From an uncultured Gammaproteobacteria bacterium (lineage in GTDB: Bacteria; Pseudomonadota; Gammaproteobacteria; Nitrosococcales; Methylophagaceae), in NCBI GenBank assembly GCA_913042265.1, contig CAJWKF010000001.1, forward strand, positions 1,432-65,431: a stretch of 64,000 nt of DNA, given 5' to 3'. Made by a program: the position numbers and the translations under genes. Of this stretch, positions 1 to 10,171 are shown in pieces. The notes below the pieces were generated by a model. That model worked only from the letters and a program-made list of their open reading frames with translations. It had not been told where the DNA came from and did not search any database. Every line of letters starts with the position of its first letter. The first letter of the stretch is position 1.

Positions 1-668
1 TGAAAACGAAACAAAGAGATAATTTACAGTTTTATCTTATGCGCGAAAAGTTACGGGTTATGTCAACAACAGATCTTGTAGGGCTCAAGCATTACTACCA
101 GAGTGCGATAATGAATGGTAATTATAGGAACATTAAAGCAGTAAGATATGGCCTTATTCTCGTCATATCTGCCCTGGGTGATTACAGACAAGCAATGGCA
201 GAGCTAAAAAAGCTAATTATTTTAGATGAAGAAAGGTTAACTTATCAGTTAGCAATGGCAGATATAGAGGTAGAAAGAGGTCGTTTATCTCAGGCCTTAA
301 ATATCTACCAAATTAATCAAAAAATATTTCCTAATAATCAAGCTTTAACAATAAAGCAGGTCGTGGCACTTTTGCAGTTTGGCTTACCTGCTCAGGGTAG
401 AAAATTATTATTGCAGCAGCTGGAGATTGGTAATAGGTCCTCTCAAATCTATAAGTTATTAGCGCAGACATCAGGTGATATGGGCAAAATTAGTGATGCT
501 CACGGCTGGTTAGCAGAATATTATTATAGTGCAGGTAGGATAAAACAGTCAGTCGTTCAACTTAAGCTGGCTGTAAGCGCTTCGAAAGGTAGCCAATATC
601 AATTAGCCAAATTTAGTGCAAGGCTTGAAGATGTAGAAGCTACATTAATTCAATTGGAAGAGTTATGA
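1..668 (+). CDS. 3' part of a TPR-repeat protein, probably the C-terminal TPR domain of a BepA/YfgC-like M48 periplasmic protease (gene continues upstream of the window)
   Basis: The reading frame of ORF 39..668 stays open back to base 3 with no stop. The sequence is helical and TPR-like (AEYYYSAGRIKQSVVQLKLAV). The BepA assignment is by resemblance only. Confidence 0.45.
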   Translation, partial: KTKQRDNLQFYLMREKLRVMSTTDLVGLKHYYQSAIMNGNYRNIKAVRYGLILVISALGDYRQAMAELKKLIILDEERLTYQLAMADIEVERGRLSQALNIYQINQKIFPNNQALTIKQVVALLQFGLPAQGRKLLLQQLEIGNRSSQIYKLLAQTSGDMGKISDAHGWLAEYYYSAGRIKQSVVQLKLAVSASKGSQYQLAKFSARLEDVEATLIQLEEL

Positions 669-675
669 TAAAAAA

Positions 676-1158
676 ATGATTAATATACAACGACGAATAT
701 TAATTAAAAAATCTCTTTCAGCTACGACAATAGCTATGGTGTCTTCGAGTGGCTTATTGTTACCTCAGCGTGTCTTGGCCCATTGGCCCACTGAAGCTTT
801 TAACGCGGAAACAGTGGAAGATGTTTTACTGGCCTTACTAGGCAAAGCTAATATTAGTTCAAGTCAGAAGCTGAACTTCTCCGTTGGAAAGCCAGCCAAG
901 CGCATTGTTAACGGTGGATCTGTTTCTGTAGAAATAAATAGTGAACTTAAAGATATTGAGCGGTTCGCTATTTTGGTTGATAACAACCCTTTTCCATTGG
1001 TAATGAGTATGGATTTTAGCTCCGATGTGTTACTACCATTGAAAACCAGGATCAAGCTGGTCAAAGGCAAATCTAAAGTAATAGCAGTTGTTCGAGCTGG
1101 TGGTCAGTTATATATTACTAGACGTGATGTACGAGTTGATACTGGGGGTGATATCTGA
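676..1158 (+). CDS. soxY: SoxY-like sulfur-carrier-family protein with a Tat signal; it lacks the canonical C-terminal GGCGG cysteine
   Basis: Twin-arginine leader QRRILIKKSL...VLA. The Ig-like SoxY body ends in RDVRVDTGGDI where SoxY has V.VT.GGCGG. The TGATG junction couples it to a SoxZ-like ORF. Confidence 0.65.
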   Translation: MINIQRRILIKKSLSATTIAMVSSSGLLLPQRVLAHWPTEAFNAETVEDVLLALLGKANISSSQKLNFSVGKPAKRIVNGGSVSVEINSELKDIERFAILVDNNPFPLVMSMDFSSDVLLPLKTRIKLVKGKSKVIAVVRAGGQLYITRRDVRVDTGGDI

Positions 1159-1478
1159 TGTTAATAAAAGCCGAGGATCGTATTCGAGCGACATTAAGAG
1201 CTAATAACACTCATATCAGGCTATTACTAGCTCATCCTATGCATTCGGGGCGGCAAATGGATGAAAATAATATGGTTGTTAAGGCTGAATTTATTCAAGA
1301 CATTCGTTGTTGGAGAAATGATAATGAGGTGCTAGTGATTAAGTGCGGGAGTGCAACTTCACAAAACCCATATTTTTCATTTGAATTAGGGGGCGGACAA
1401 GTGGGCGATACCATTGCAATTCGTTGGGTTGATAATACCGGAGCAAAAGGCGACATTAAAGCAACAGTTGATTCTTAG
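1158..1478 (+). CDS. soxZ: SoxZ-like protein
   Basis: It has about 105 aa with SoxZ-type motifs (LLAHPMHSGRQMDENN, SQNPYFSFEL, IRWVDNTG). It is start/stop coupled to the SoxY-like gene. Confidence 0.7.
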   Translation: MLIKAEDRIRATLRANNTHIRLLLAHPMHSGRQMDENNMVVKAEFIQDIRCWRNDNEVLVIKCGSATSQNPYFSFELGGGQVGDTIAIRWVDNTGAKGDIKATVDS

Positions 1479-1933
1479 TAGCGTTTTTGTTTTTCTAGGT
1501 AGCATTGATGATAAGTTTCTGCAGGATAAAAATGGCTCGCGGCCGTAATTTCGGTCACTATGAGCTGGTCAGAAAAATGGCTTTGATTGAGTTCCTGCTT
1601 TTTGTTGAGTGCCTGTTGCTTTTGTTCATGGTCATGGTAATAGATCCCCGAACGATATTGGCTGCCAATATCGGGTCCTTGACGATTTAAAGTAGTCGGA
1701 TTGTGTATTCTCCAAAAGATATCGAGTAAATCCTCATAGCTTATGAGGGTGGGGTCAAATGTGATTTCAATAGCTTCTGCATGACCGGTATTACCAGTAC
1801 AAACTGTTTTATAATCTGGGTTATCGGTATGACCCGCTGTATAACCCACCCGTGAAGTTAAGACACCATTGATTTGCCTTAGTTTTTCTTCTACACCCCA
1901 AAAACAGCCTGCGGAAAATGTTGCAATTGTCAT
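1475..1933 (-). CDS. msrA: peptide-methionine (S)-S-oxide reductase
   Basis: N-terminal GCFWG active-site motif, full-length MsrA-like sequence of 152 aa. Confidence 0.95.
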   Translation of the reverse strand: MTIATFSAGCFWGVEEKLRQINGVLTSRVGYTAGHTDNPDYKTVCTGNTGHAEAIEITFDPTLISYEDLLDIFWRIHNPTTLNRQGPDIGSQYRSGIYYHDHEQKQQALNKKQELNQSHFSDQLIVTEITAASHFYPAETYHQCYLEKQKRY

Positions 1934-2025
1934 TGTTTTCTCCTTATCTTAACCATGTGGTTGCACCACTATATGAAAGCTTCTATCCTTGTAAGTTATT
2001 ATGATTATCTCTTTTTTTGACGTGG

Positions 2026-2691
2026 ATGAATATAGTGCAAAATCAAGATACTGCTCACTTTAATATGCTAGAGCAACAAGTGCGCCCCGGAGATGTCCTC
2101 GATCATCGGGTATTGGCAGTATTAAAACAAATCAAGCGCGCTGATTTTGTTGATGAAAGCCTATCAGGTATTGCATATGCTGATATTCAACTTCCCATCG
2201 GCCATGGCCAAATAATGTTGCCACCTATTTTACATGGGAGAATGTTGCAAGCATTAGATATACAAAATGATGAGCATGTATTAGAAGTTGGCACCGGCTC
2301 AGGTTACTTTACTGCATTGTTATCGACTTTAGCGCAACATGTCACAACCATTGAAATTATGACTGAGTTATCTTTGATAGCTAAACAAAACATAGAAGGC
2401 TATGGTTTCGACAATATCACATATTGCGTAGGTGATGCCTCAAAAACCTATCCGCTTTCTGAGCGTGTCGATGTTATTGTATTGACGGCGGCTTTCGTTG
2501 TTATTCCTGATAATTATTTACAAAACATAAAAGTTGGAGGCCGTATGTTAGCCATAGTAGGACAAGAAAAAAATATGGAAGTACAATTGATTCAGAGAGT
2601 CTCCGAAAGAGGCTGGGAGACAAAATCTGTTCTAGAAACAGTTATTCCTGCAGTGATTAATGCCGAGCCGAAACCTGAGTTTAAATTTTGA
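2026..2691 (+). CDS. protein-L-isoaspartate O-methyltransferase-like SAM methyltransferase (second Pcm paralogue)
   Basis: SAM motif LEVGTGSGYFTA and Pcm-like fold. ATG at 2026 is preferred over the TTG at 2017 used by the track. Confidence 0.8.
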   Translation: MNIVQNQDTAHFNMLEQQVRPGDVLDHRVLAVLKQIKRADFVDESLSGIAYADIQLPIGHGQIMLPPILHGRMLQALDIQNDEHVLEVGTGSGYFTALLSTLAQHVTTIEIMTELSLIAKQNIEGYGFDNITYCVGDASKTYPLSERVDVIVLTAAFVVIPDNYLQNIKVGGRMLAIVGQEKNMEVQLIQRVSERGWETKSVLETVIPAVINAEPKPEFKF

Positions 2692-2703
2692 ATAGAGTGT
2701 GAT

Positions 2704-3027
2704 ATGAAACAAATAATAGCAACCGAATTAGTTGACCTTATGGCTAATAGTCCCGCGCCAACTTTAGTCGATGTCCGTGAGCAGCATGAGCTAATTCATG
2801 GAATGATAACTGGGGTAATAACTATACCCATGCAAGAGTTTGGAGAGCAATTACATCAGTTAGGTGAAGATCAGGGTCAGACGATTGTTTTGATTTGCCG
2901 CTCTGGAAAGCGAAGTGAACATGTAGGAAAATACCTTGAACAGTTAGGCTTTACTGATGTGATTAATTTGTCTGGTGGCATGAATGCGTGGGCTACTGAC
3001 GTTGATACTACGATGTCGGTATATTAG
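2704..3027 (+). CDS. single-domain rhodanese (sulfurtransferase)
   Basis: Size 107 aa, active-site loop CRSGKRS, ending in GGMNAW. Confidence 0.85.
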   Translation: MKQIIATELVDLMANSPAPTLVDVREQHELIHGMITGVITIPMQEFGEQLHQLGEDQGQTIVLICRSGKRSEHVGKYLEQLGFTDVINLSGGMNAWATDVDTTMSVY

Positions 3028-3036
3028 GAAAAAAGC

Positions 3037-4353
3037 GTGAAACAGTTTGCAATGACTATCGGTTTAATTGCCGTACTATCCTCATCCATGGCTTGGGCTG
3101 GCGACCTAATTGAAGTCTTTGAAAGTGCTCTTAGAAGTGATCCTCAATTGTTGGCAGAGGCAGCATCTCAAAGAGCTGCGAGCGAATTAGATTCTCAGGC
3201 GATGTCACGTTTCTTGCCTTTAATTTCAATATCAGCCACTAATGGTAAAGTCAGTCGTAGGTCATCTGCAACAACGTTTGGGGGCGAAAACGAGTATAAC
3301 AAGCATGGCTATACCTTGAGTCTTACTCAGCCTATATATCGACTAGAAAGCATCATAAAAAATACTCAAGCTGATATTGCAATAGAGACTGCTCAAGCCA
3401 ATTATATGATTGCTGAACAAGATTTCCTTCTACGTGTTGCAGAGCAATATTTTAATTTTCTTGCCCGACAGGACGAGGTAGGATTTTCCGCTGCAAAAAA
3501 AGAAGCTAATGCTAAACAATTAGAACAAGTGCAGTTACGTTTTGACTTGGGTCTGGCAACTATTACGGACTTAAGTGAGTCCCAAGCTGGGTTGGATTTG
3601 GCAAATGCTGACTTTATTTTGGCTTCAAACGCCTTAGATAATAGCAAAGAACGTTTACGAGAATCCTCAGGCCGGTATTGGGAACGTTTAGCCCCGATAC
3701 AAAATAAAATACAATTAGTCAAACCTGAACCTGAAGATATTGAACAATGGGTAAAAGCGGCATTAGTAAAAAATCCGAGTTTGAGAGTGGCTAAAAATGC
3801 GAAAAAAGATGCTGAGCAAGTAATTTCTCTGGAGAGAAGTGGTCACTTTCCTAGTATAGATCTAGTGGGTGAAAAAAGTTATACATCACAAAGTGATAGT
3901 AATTTTGGAGGTAGTAGCAAGGTTCATCAAGATACATTAAGCCTCCGGTTTAATCTTCCTCTTTTTGAGGGTGGTAATGTACTGTCAAAGACACGTGAAG
4001 CTAGACATCGTATGGATCAAGCAATGCAAAATGAGGAGAAGCAACGTAGGTTAGTGATTCGCAAAAGTCGAGAAGCTTATAATGGTGTGGTATCTGGTAT
4101 TAGCAGAGTGAAAGCCCTTAGGCAAGCTCTGGTCTCAGGTGAACAGGCTCTTGTATCTACTGAAATGGGATATGAAGTGGGTACACGGACGACAGTCGAT
4201 GTACTTAATGTTCGGCGCGATTTTTTCAAGGCTAAAGTAGAATACGCTAGCTCAATATATGATTACATTTTATCAAGTTTGCGTTTAAAGCAATCTGCAG
4301 GAACACTGAGTAGAAAAGATCTTGTGCTGATTAATCAATGGTTAAAGCACTAA
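3037..4353 (+). CDS. tolC: TolC-family outer-membrane efflux channel
   Basis: Signal peptide and two internally repeated OEP/TolC halves (LRSDPQLL..., LVKNPSLRVA...). Size 438 aa. Confidence 0.9.
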   Translation: MKQFAMTIGLIAVLSSSMAWAGDLIEVFESALRSDPQLLAEAASQRAASELDSQAMSRFLPLISISATNGKVSRRSSATTFGGENEYNKHGYTLSLTQPIYRLESIIKNTQADIAIETAQANYMIAEQDFLLRVAEQYFNFLARQDEVGFSAAKKEANAKQLEQVQLRFDLGLATITDLSESQAGLDLANADFILASNALDNSKERLRESSGRYWERLAPIQNKIQLVKPEPEDIEQWVKAALVKNPSLRVAKNAKKDAEQVISLERSGHFPSIDLVGEKSYTSQSDSNFGGSSKVHQDTLSLRFNLPLFEGGNVLSKTREARHRMDQAMQNEEKQRRLVIRKSREAYNGVVSGISRVKALRQALVSGEQALVSTEMGYEVGTRTTVDVLNVRRDFFKAKVEYASSIYDYILSSLRLKQSAGTLSRKDLVLINQWLKH

Positions 4354-4355
4354 GC

Positions 4356-4925
4356 ATGACAGAAAGTAAATTTTGTATATCGGATTCCCAAGACAGTCTG
4401 GTCGTAGTCATGGATGTGCAACAAAAACTGACTTCCGTTATGCCTACTCAGGTTAAAGAAGATGTTATTGAAAAGATAAACATCTTATTAACAATAGCTA
4501 ATACTTTGTCTATTCCGATCATTGTGACGGAGCAATATCCAGATGGTCTAGGATCTACTGAAGCAGCATTAAGCGAGCAATTGATGAGAGCAATGGCCGT
4601 TATTGAGAAAACATCTTTCTCGGCGTTCGATACAGTAGATTTTGTTAAACAGATTGAACAAAGTGGCCGTAAGCAAATTGTATTAGTAGGGATGGAAGCA
4701 CATATTTGTATTTTGCAAACAGCGCTGAATCTTCAAGAAGCTGGTTTTCAAGTTTTTGTTGTTGAAGATGGGGTGAGTTCTCGCTCTGTGACTAATCAAG
4801 AGAATGGGTTGTTGAGACTACGTAATGCTGGCATCATTATCACTAATGTTGAGTCTGTTTTTTTCGAATGGTTGGGTGATGCGAGTCGTACTGAATTTAA
4901 AGCTTTGGCGAAACTAATTATTTGA
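4356..4925 (+). CDS. isochorismatase-family hydrolase
   Basis: Isochorismatase-like pattern (VVVMDVQ..., VLVGMEAHICILQTA). ATG lies 2 nt after the tolC stop. Confidence 0.75.
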   Translation: MTESKFCISDSQDSLVVVMDVQQKLTSVMPTQVKEDVIEKINILLTIANTLSIPIIVTEQYPDGLGSTEAALSEQLMRAMAVIEKTSFSAFDTVDFVKQIEQSGRKQIVLVGMEAHICILQTALNLQEAGFQVFVVEDGVSSRSVTNQENGLLRLRNAGIIITNVESVFFEWLGDASRTEFKALAKLII

Positions 4926-4981
4926 GTACTAGCCTAATTGTTGGGATATTACTTAGTGCACTGATTCTCGAAAAGGTTTTT

Positions 4982-6424
4982 TTAAATATCAGTTAGCTGG
5001 GTTTGACGTGATAGGCCGTATGTTAGGAGCTTTTTTAAGACATCTTGTTGTTTTTCAGTCAGAGCCTGTTTTTTGCAATCGTCAATTTGGCTAAAGTAAC
5101 GGTTAAATGTCAAAATAGCGGGGCTGTCCTCTTCGGTTAAGCGCTGTTTGCAATAGTCTTGCCACTCTTCTTTCTCAACCGTGCTTAAACCTTCAGGCCA
5201 GTTACGTGCACGATATCGAAATAGCATTTCATCAAGTCGCGAATCATCGAATGGGATTGCGAGTGTCGATAATTTTTGTGATTTCGTTTCACGAATTAAA
5301 GCCATATTTTTTTTATCATTACTACTAAAAAAGCCGCCACCATAGAGGTTGGCATCGGGGTCATCGCTAGAAAGATAATCGGGCTTAGTGAAAATGGCAT
5401 TAATTTTAGCTGTGAGGTCGCCGGCATCATTTATCTGTTGCAAATGTTTTGAGTGTAGTTCTCTATTTATTTGTAGTCTTTCTGCAGCAGTATCATTGAG
5501 TGTTTTTTCTGGCACGATGATAGGGCATTTATTAATATAAATAGTTTTTAATGCAGGTCGTTTAACACCTTTAGCCAAGTTTTTGGTAGGTGAAAACAAC
5601 CAGTCTCTTAGTGTGGCAGGATCTTCGTTGATAAAAGTGGAAGGATCATGTCTCAGGTCATAAACAATAATGCCATTAGAATTGTTGGGATCTTTAGCGA
5701 GGGGTATAACTAAAGCTGTCCCGTAGTATTCACTAGGGTACATACGTGAAACATGAATAACAGGTAACCTATCATTTAAATTTAGTAAAGGTGAGATAGC
5801 CTGTTTCTGTCGATGCTGATAAACATAATCATAGAGTTTAGGTTGGTTTTTTTTAATGAGTTTAGCAATTGCAATAGTCGCGTAGACATCAACAAGAGCA
5901 TCATGAGCACCTTTATGTTCAATGTTATTAGCAGCTGTTAGGTGCTCTAAACGGAAGCTAGGCTTGCCATCTGCATGGTTGGGCCAAGTGATGCCCTCTG
6001 GCCTTAAAGCTCGTGTCAGCCTTGCCATGTCTATAATATCCCATCGAGAGCAGCCATTTTGCCATTCTCTTTCATAAGCATCGTAGAAGTTGCGATAAAG
6101 GATAAACCTAGTAAATTCATCATCAAAATTTAAACTGTTATAGCCGACGCCACAGGTATCCTTTGCCGATAATTCTTGATGAACAAGTTTAATGAACTCA
6201 GCTTCATTAACTCCCTTTTCAGTGGCTTCTTGAGGCGTGATGCCCGTCACAAGGCAGGCTTGTGGTTGTGGCAAGAAATCATCAGCTGGCTTACAATAAA
6301 CCATTAGAGGTTCACCAATAATATTAAGTTCTTCATCTGTACGAATACCTGCAAACTGTGAGGGCCTGTCATATCGTGGATCCAAGCCAAAAGTTTCATA
6401 ATCGTGCCAGTAAAGTGTCTTCAT
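4982..6424 (-). CDS. sbcB: exodeoxyribonuclease I
   Basis: N-terminus WHDYETFG...PSQFAGIRTD is typical of ExoI (DEDDh). Size 480 aa. Confidence 0.95.
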   Translation of the reverse strand: MKTLYWHDYETFGLDPRYDRPSQFAGIRTDEELNIIGEPLMVYCKPADDFLPQPQACLVTGITPQEATEKGVNEAEFIKLVHQELSAKDTCGVGYNSLNFDDEFTRFILYRNFYDAYEREWQNGCSRWDIIDMARLTRALRPEGITWPNHADGKPSFRLEHLTAANNIEHKGAHDALVDVYATIAIAKLIKKNQPKLYDYVYQHRQKQAISPLLNLNDRLPVIHVSRMYPSEYYGTALVIPLAKDPNNSNGIIVYDLRHDPSTFINEDPATLRDWLFSPTKNLAKGVKRPALKTIYINKCPIIVPEKTLNDTAAERLQINRELHSKHLQQINDAGDLTAKINAIFTKPDYLSSDDPDANLYGGGFFSSNDKKNMALIRETKSQKLSTLAIPFDDSRLDEMLFRYRARNWPEGLSTVEKEEWQDYCKQRLTEEDSPAILTFNRYFSQIDDCKKQALTEKQQDVLKKLLTYGLSRQTQLTDI

Positions 6425-6441
6425 CTAGAGCCCTTATTTTT

Positions 6442-7725
6442 TTATGTCAAGGTCGAGAATACTTTTTTTGCAGCAGTTATAGTAGTTTGGATTTCTACTT
6501 CACCGTGTGCTGCAGAGATAAAACCGGCTTCGTACGATGATGGAGCAAGATAGATCCCTTCTCTCAGCATTCCATGGAAAAATTGTTTGAATCTCTTTTG
6601 ATCACAGGCAACGACCTGTTCGAAGTGACTTACACTTTTCTCTTGTGTAAAAAAGAAGCCGAACATGCCTCCAACTTGATTGGTGCTAAAACCAATACCC
6701 GCATTATCAGCAGCGTGTTGCATGCCATGAACTAGAGCTGCTGCACTGTCAGAAAGCTGTTGGTGAAAATTAGGTGCTTGAAGTAATTTCAATGTGCTCA
6801 GGCCAGCTGCCATTGCAATAGGGTTACCAGACAAGGTACCTGCCTGGTAGACAGGTCCTAAGGGTGCAATATATTCCATAACTTCTTTTTTACCCCCAAA
6901 GGCGCCGACAGGCAACCCACCGCCCACTACTTTTCCGAGTGTGGTCAGATCTGGTTTGACACCATACAGCTCCTGAGCACCGCCAAGAGATACGCGGAAT
7001 CCAGTCATAACTTCGTCAAAAATGAGGACGACACCGTATTGGTCACAAAGCCGGCGTAAGCCTTCTAAGAATCCGGGTTGAGGTGGAATACAATTCATGT
7101 TGCCGGCAACAGGTTCGACGATAATGCATGCAATTTCATTGCCTTGCTGTTTCAAGCACTGGATGACGGAGTCTAAATTGTTGTAAATTAGTGTCAAAGT
7201 GTGTTCAGCTAGTGCTGCTGGAACGCCAGCTGACGATGGTTCGCCCAAGGTAAGAGCTCCCGAACCAGCCTTTACAAGCAAGGAGTCTGCGTGACCGTGG
7301 TAGCAGCCCTCAAATTTGATGATTTTGTCCCGACCTGTGTAACCACGCGCAAGACGAATAGCACTCATCGTAGCTTCGGTACCTGAGCTGACCATCCGTA
7401 CAAGTTGCATCGAAGGAACAAGTTCACAAACGAGGTCTGCCATTTCAATTTCAATTTCAGTTGGCGCCCCAAACCCAAGACCTTTAACTGCTGCCTTTTG
7501 TACAGCGCCAACAACATCTGGGTGAGCATGACCAAGAATCATTGGGCCCCATGAGCCGATATAATCAATGTATCTTTTGCCTTCGGCATCAGTTAGCCAA
7601 GCGCCCTTACCTTCACGAAAGAAAATAGGGTGTCCACCGACACCGTTAAAAGCTCGTACTGGTGAATTAACTCCACCCGGTATATGACGCTGAGCTAGAG
7701 TGAAGAGGTCAAGATTTGTTTGCAT
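6442..7725 (-). CDS. hemL: glutamate-1-semialdehyde 2,1-aminomutase
   Basis: [20 protein letters not shown] and the PLP-lysine region TLGKVVGGG. Size 427 aa. Confidence 0.97.
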   Translation of the reverse strand: MQTNLDLFTLAQRHIPGGVNSPVRAFNGVGGHPIFFREGKGAWLTDAEGKRYIDYIGSWGPMILGHAHPDVVGAVQKAAVKGLGFGAPTEIEIEMADLVCELVPSMQLVRMVSSGTEATMSAIRLARGYTGRDKIIKFEGCYHGHADSLLVKAGSGALTLGEPSSAGVPAALAEHTLTLIYNNLDSVIQCLKQQGNEIACIIVEPVAGNMNCIPPQPGFLEGLRRLCDQYGVVLIFDEVMTGFRVSLGGAQELYGVKPDLTTLGKVVGGGLPVGAFGGKKEVMEYIAPLGPVYQAGTLSGNPIAMAAGLSTLKLLQAPNFHQQLSDSAAALVHGMQHAADNAGIGFSTNQVGGMFGFFFTQEKSVSHFEQVVACDQKRFKQFFHGMLREGIYLAPSSYEAGFISAAHGEVEIQTTITAAKKVFSTLT

Positions 7726-8037
7726 GAATGGTCCTTAGTCAAAATAATTCTAGATTTTATGCGATGTAATGATTTTAGCTGATTTTTAATTTTATTACTG
7801 GATATAACGCTGCACATAATTTAATGTTATTTACCATTAAAATATTGAGTAATTTTGCTTACAGCTGAGTAATATGGCTTATTATATTTTCATTACAAAA
7901 AGTATGTTGCTAAGTAATACCATCGATAAGCTGCGCTCAAGTTACTGAGAGTGGTTTATAATAAATCAATTTAGTGATATTTAATCATGTCTACATTGTT
8001 TAAATAGCTAGTAATTTACAAATAGGAAAACGCCGCT

Positions 8038-8805
8038 ATGCGAATTATTTTTATTAACTGGGTCTGTGGATTAGTATCGATGATGCTATGTTCGCTTGCT
8101 TATGCGGTAGACGATATAAATAAATTACAAAATACGATTAATTTACAAATTAAAACTGAATTGACAGCAAAGAAGTCTCAGAAAAAAATAGATGGACTAT
8201 CTGAGCAATCTGATCAGATGTTGGGAGAATATCGGAATTTGTTACGTCAGGCAGAAAGTTTACGGATTTATAACGATCAACTTGATAAGTTAGTACTATC
8301 ACAACAGGGTGAAATAGACTCTATTGCCGAGCAATTAATAAATATGGAGACGACGCAACGTGAAATAGTACCGTTAATGTTAAAAATGGTTGAGGTGATT
8401 TCTCAGTTTGTTGCTTTGGATATCCCTTTTTTACCAGAAGAGCGTCAGTTTAGAATTGCTGAATTAGAAACAATAATGGAAAGGGCGGATGTGAGTTTAG
8501 CTGAAAAATATCGCCGTGTGCTAGAGGCTTATCAGGTTGAAACGGAATATGGTAGAACTATTGAAGCTTATCAAGATGAGCTAGAACTTGATGAAAGAAC
8601 AAGAACAGTTAACTTCTTACGTGTTGGCCGGGTTGGATTGTATTATTTAACATTAGATGGAGAGCAAGCGGGAGTATGGGATGAGGGCTGGCAGCCTCTT
8701 GGTAGTGAATATCGACAAGCAATAGATAAAGGTTTAAAAATTGCTAAGAAGCAATTACCACCAGATTTATTAGTTTTGCCCGTTAAGACAGAAGGTACTT
8801 TGTAA
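8038..8805 (+). CDS. DUF3450-type coiled-coil periplasmic protein, first gene of a TonB2-type cluster (position equivalent to ttpB)
   Basis: Signal peptide and coiled coil. TAATG junction to the next gene. Context matches the known TonB2 cluster order. Confidence 0.65.
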   Translation: MRIIFINWVCGLVSMMLCSLAYAVDDINKLQNTINLQIKTELTAKKSQKKIDGLSEQSDQMLGEYRNLLRQAESLRIYNDQLDKLVLSQQGEIDSIAEQLINMETTQREIVPLMLKMVEVISQFVALDIPFLPEERQFRIAELETIMERADVSLAEKYRRVLEAYQVETEYGRTIEAYQDELELDERTRTVNFLRVGRVGLYYLTLDGEQAGVWDEGWQPLGSEYRQAIDKGLKIAKKQLPPDLLVLPVKTEGTL

Positions 8806-10169
8806 TGAAGGCTATAGCGCAGTTTTTATTACTGGGTTTATTTAGCCCATTTGTTCAAGCTTTACACTCATCAGAAAAGCCAACCAATTTGGATCAGCTA
8901 TATGAGCAAGTTAAACATGACCGAGTGATGGAGCAGGAGCAAAATCAACGGCGTGAAGCGACGTTTATTGCTGAGAGAAATCAACAAGAAAAGCTATTAG
9001 TAAAGGCCAAAGCGCAACTCGCTGCTCAAGAAAAAAGAACGAAACGGCTCAATAAAGTATTCGAAAAGCAAGAAAAGATCCTTGCTAAGAAAAATAAAAA
9101 CTTAGCTATTAAATCAGGGGCTCTGGGTGAGCTATTTGGAACTGTAAGACAAGTTGCGATTGAAAGCAGTAGTGTTTTACAGAGTTCGATGATATCAGCA
9201 GAGTTGTCCGGACGAAGCACCTTTTTAAGTGATGTAGCAGAACGAAAGCAACAACCTACAATTGGAGAGATCCGTCAAGTTTGGCTAACACTCCAGCAGG
9301 AAATGACCGAGTCATCCAAAGTAAAAAGTTTTAGTCAAAAAGTGATAACAGTTAAGGGTGTTGTAGAAGAAAAGCAGGTGACCCGAATAGGTCCCTTTTC
9401 GGCTTTTAGTGAGGGAAAGTTTTTAAGGTATTTACCAGAGACTGGAAACTTGGTGGAGCTGGGGAGACAGCCTGTAGCTCGATTAAAAAATATTGTAGAT
9501 GACTTTGAGTCGACAGAAGAGAGTGTTTTTCATCCTGTAGTAATCGATCCTACTCGCGGTGCAATTATGGCTTTATTAGTTCAAACACCAAACTTAAAAG
9601 AGCGCATTCACCAAGGTGGTTGGATTGGTTATTTGATTTTGATTTTGGGTGCAGTTGGTTTATTAATAGCATTGCAGCGTTTTATCTCATTGACGGATAC
9701 AGAAAAAGCAGTTGAGAAACAGCTAACAGAAAATCTGCCGGATACTAAAAACCCTTTAGGTCGAATTTTAGTTGTTTATAAAACTGGCTTGGCGAATGAT
9801 ATTGAGACTTTAGCGCTGAAGATAGATGAAGCTATTTTACGTGAGATACCCAAAGTTGAGCAGGGTTTAATGACCTTGGCTATTTTAGCCGCAATCGCAC
9901 CAATGCTTGGGCTGTTGGGTACAGTATCGGGCATGATCGAAACTTTTCAAGCTATTACATTGTTTGGAACAGGGGATCCCAAATTAATGTCAGGGGGTAT
10001 CTCGCAAGCATTAATGACGACAGAACTAGGGTTAGCAGTAGCAATACCTTTACTACTTATTCATAGCTTACTATCAGGTAAAAGTAATCGATTAGTACAA
10101 ATTTTTGATGAAGAAAGTGCCTCTATGATTGCGCGTAATGCAGAAGCTAAAGATGATAGTACCGAGTAA
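8805..10169 (+). CDS. long MotA/TolQ/ExbB-family proton-channel protein (TtpC-like)
   Basis: N-terminal coiled-coil periplasmic region plus a C-terminal MotA/ExbB channel (LGLLGTVSGMIETF, SQALMTTELGL). Size 454 aa. Confidence 0.8.
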   Translation: MKAIAQFLLLGLFSPFVQALHSSEKPTNLDQLYEQVKHDRVMEQEQNQRREATFIAERNQQEKLLVKAKAQLAAQEKRTKRLNKVFEKQEKILAKKNKNLAIKSGALGELFGTVRQVAIESSSVLQSSMISAELSGRSTFLSDVAERKQQPTIGEIRQVWLTLQQEMTESSKVKSFSQKVITVKGVVEEKQVTRIGPFSAFSEGKFLRYLPETGNLVELGRQPVARLKNIVDDFESTEESVFHPVVIDPTRGAIMALLVQTPNLKERIHQGGWIGYLILILGAVGLLIALQRFISLTDTEKAVEKQLTENLPDTKNPLGRILVVYKTGLANDIETLALKIDEAILREIPKVEQGLMTLAILAAIAPMLGLLGTVSGMIETFQAITLFGTGDPKLMSGGISQALMTTELGLAVAIPLLLIHSLLSGKSNRLVQIFDEESASMIARNAEAKDDSTE

Positions 10170-10171
10170 TA

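Noticed and set aside
7974-7988. Possible Fur box (GTGATATTTAATCAT) upstream of the TonB2-type cluster.
   Set aside because: Aligned by hand to the 19-bp consensus GATAATGATAATCATTATC, it matches only about 9/19 positions, which is indistinguishable from chance in this AT-rich spacer.
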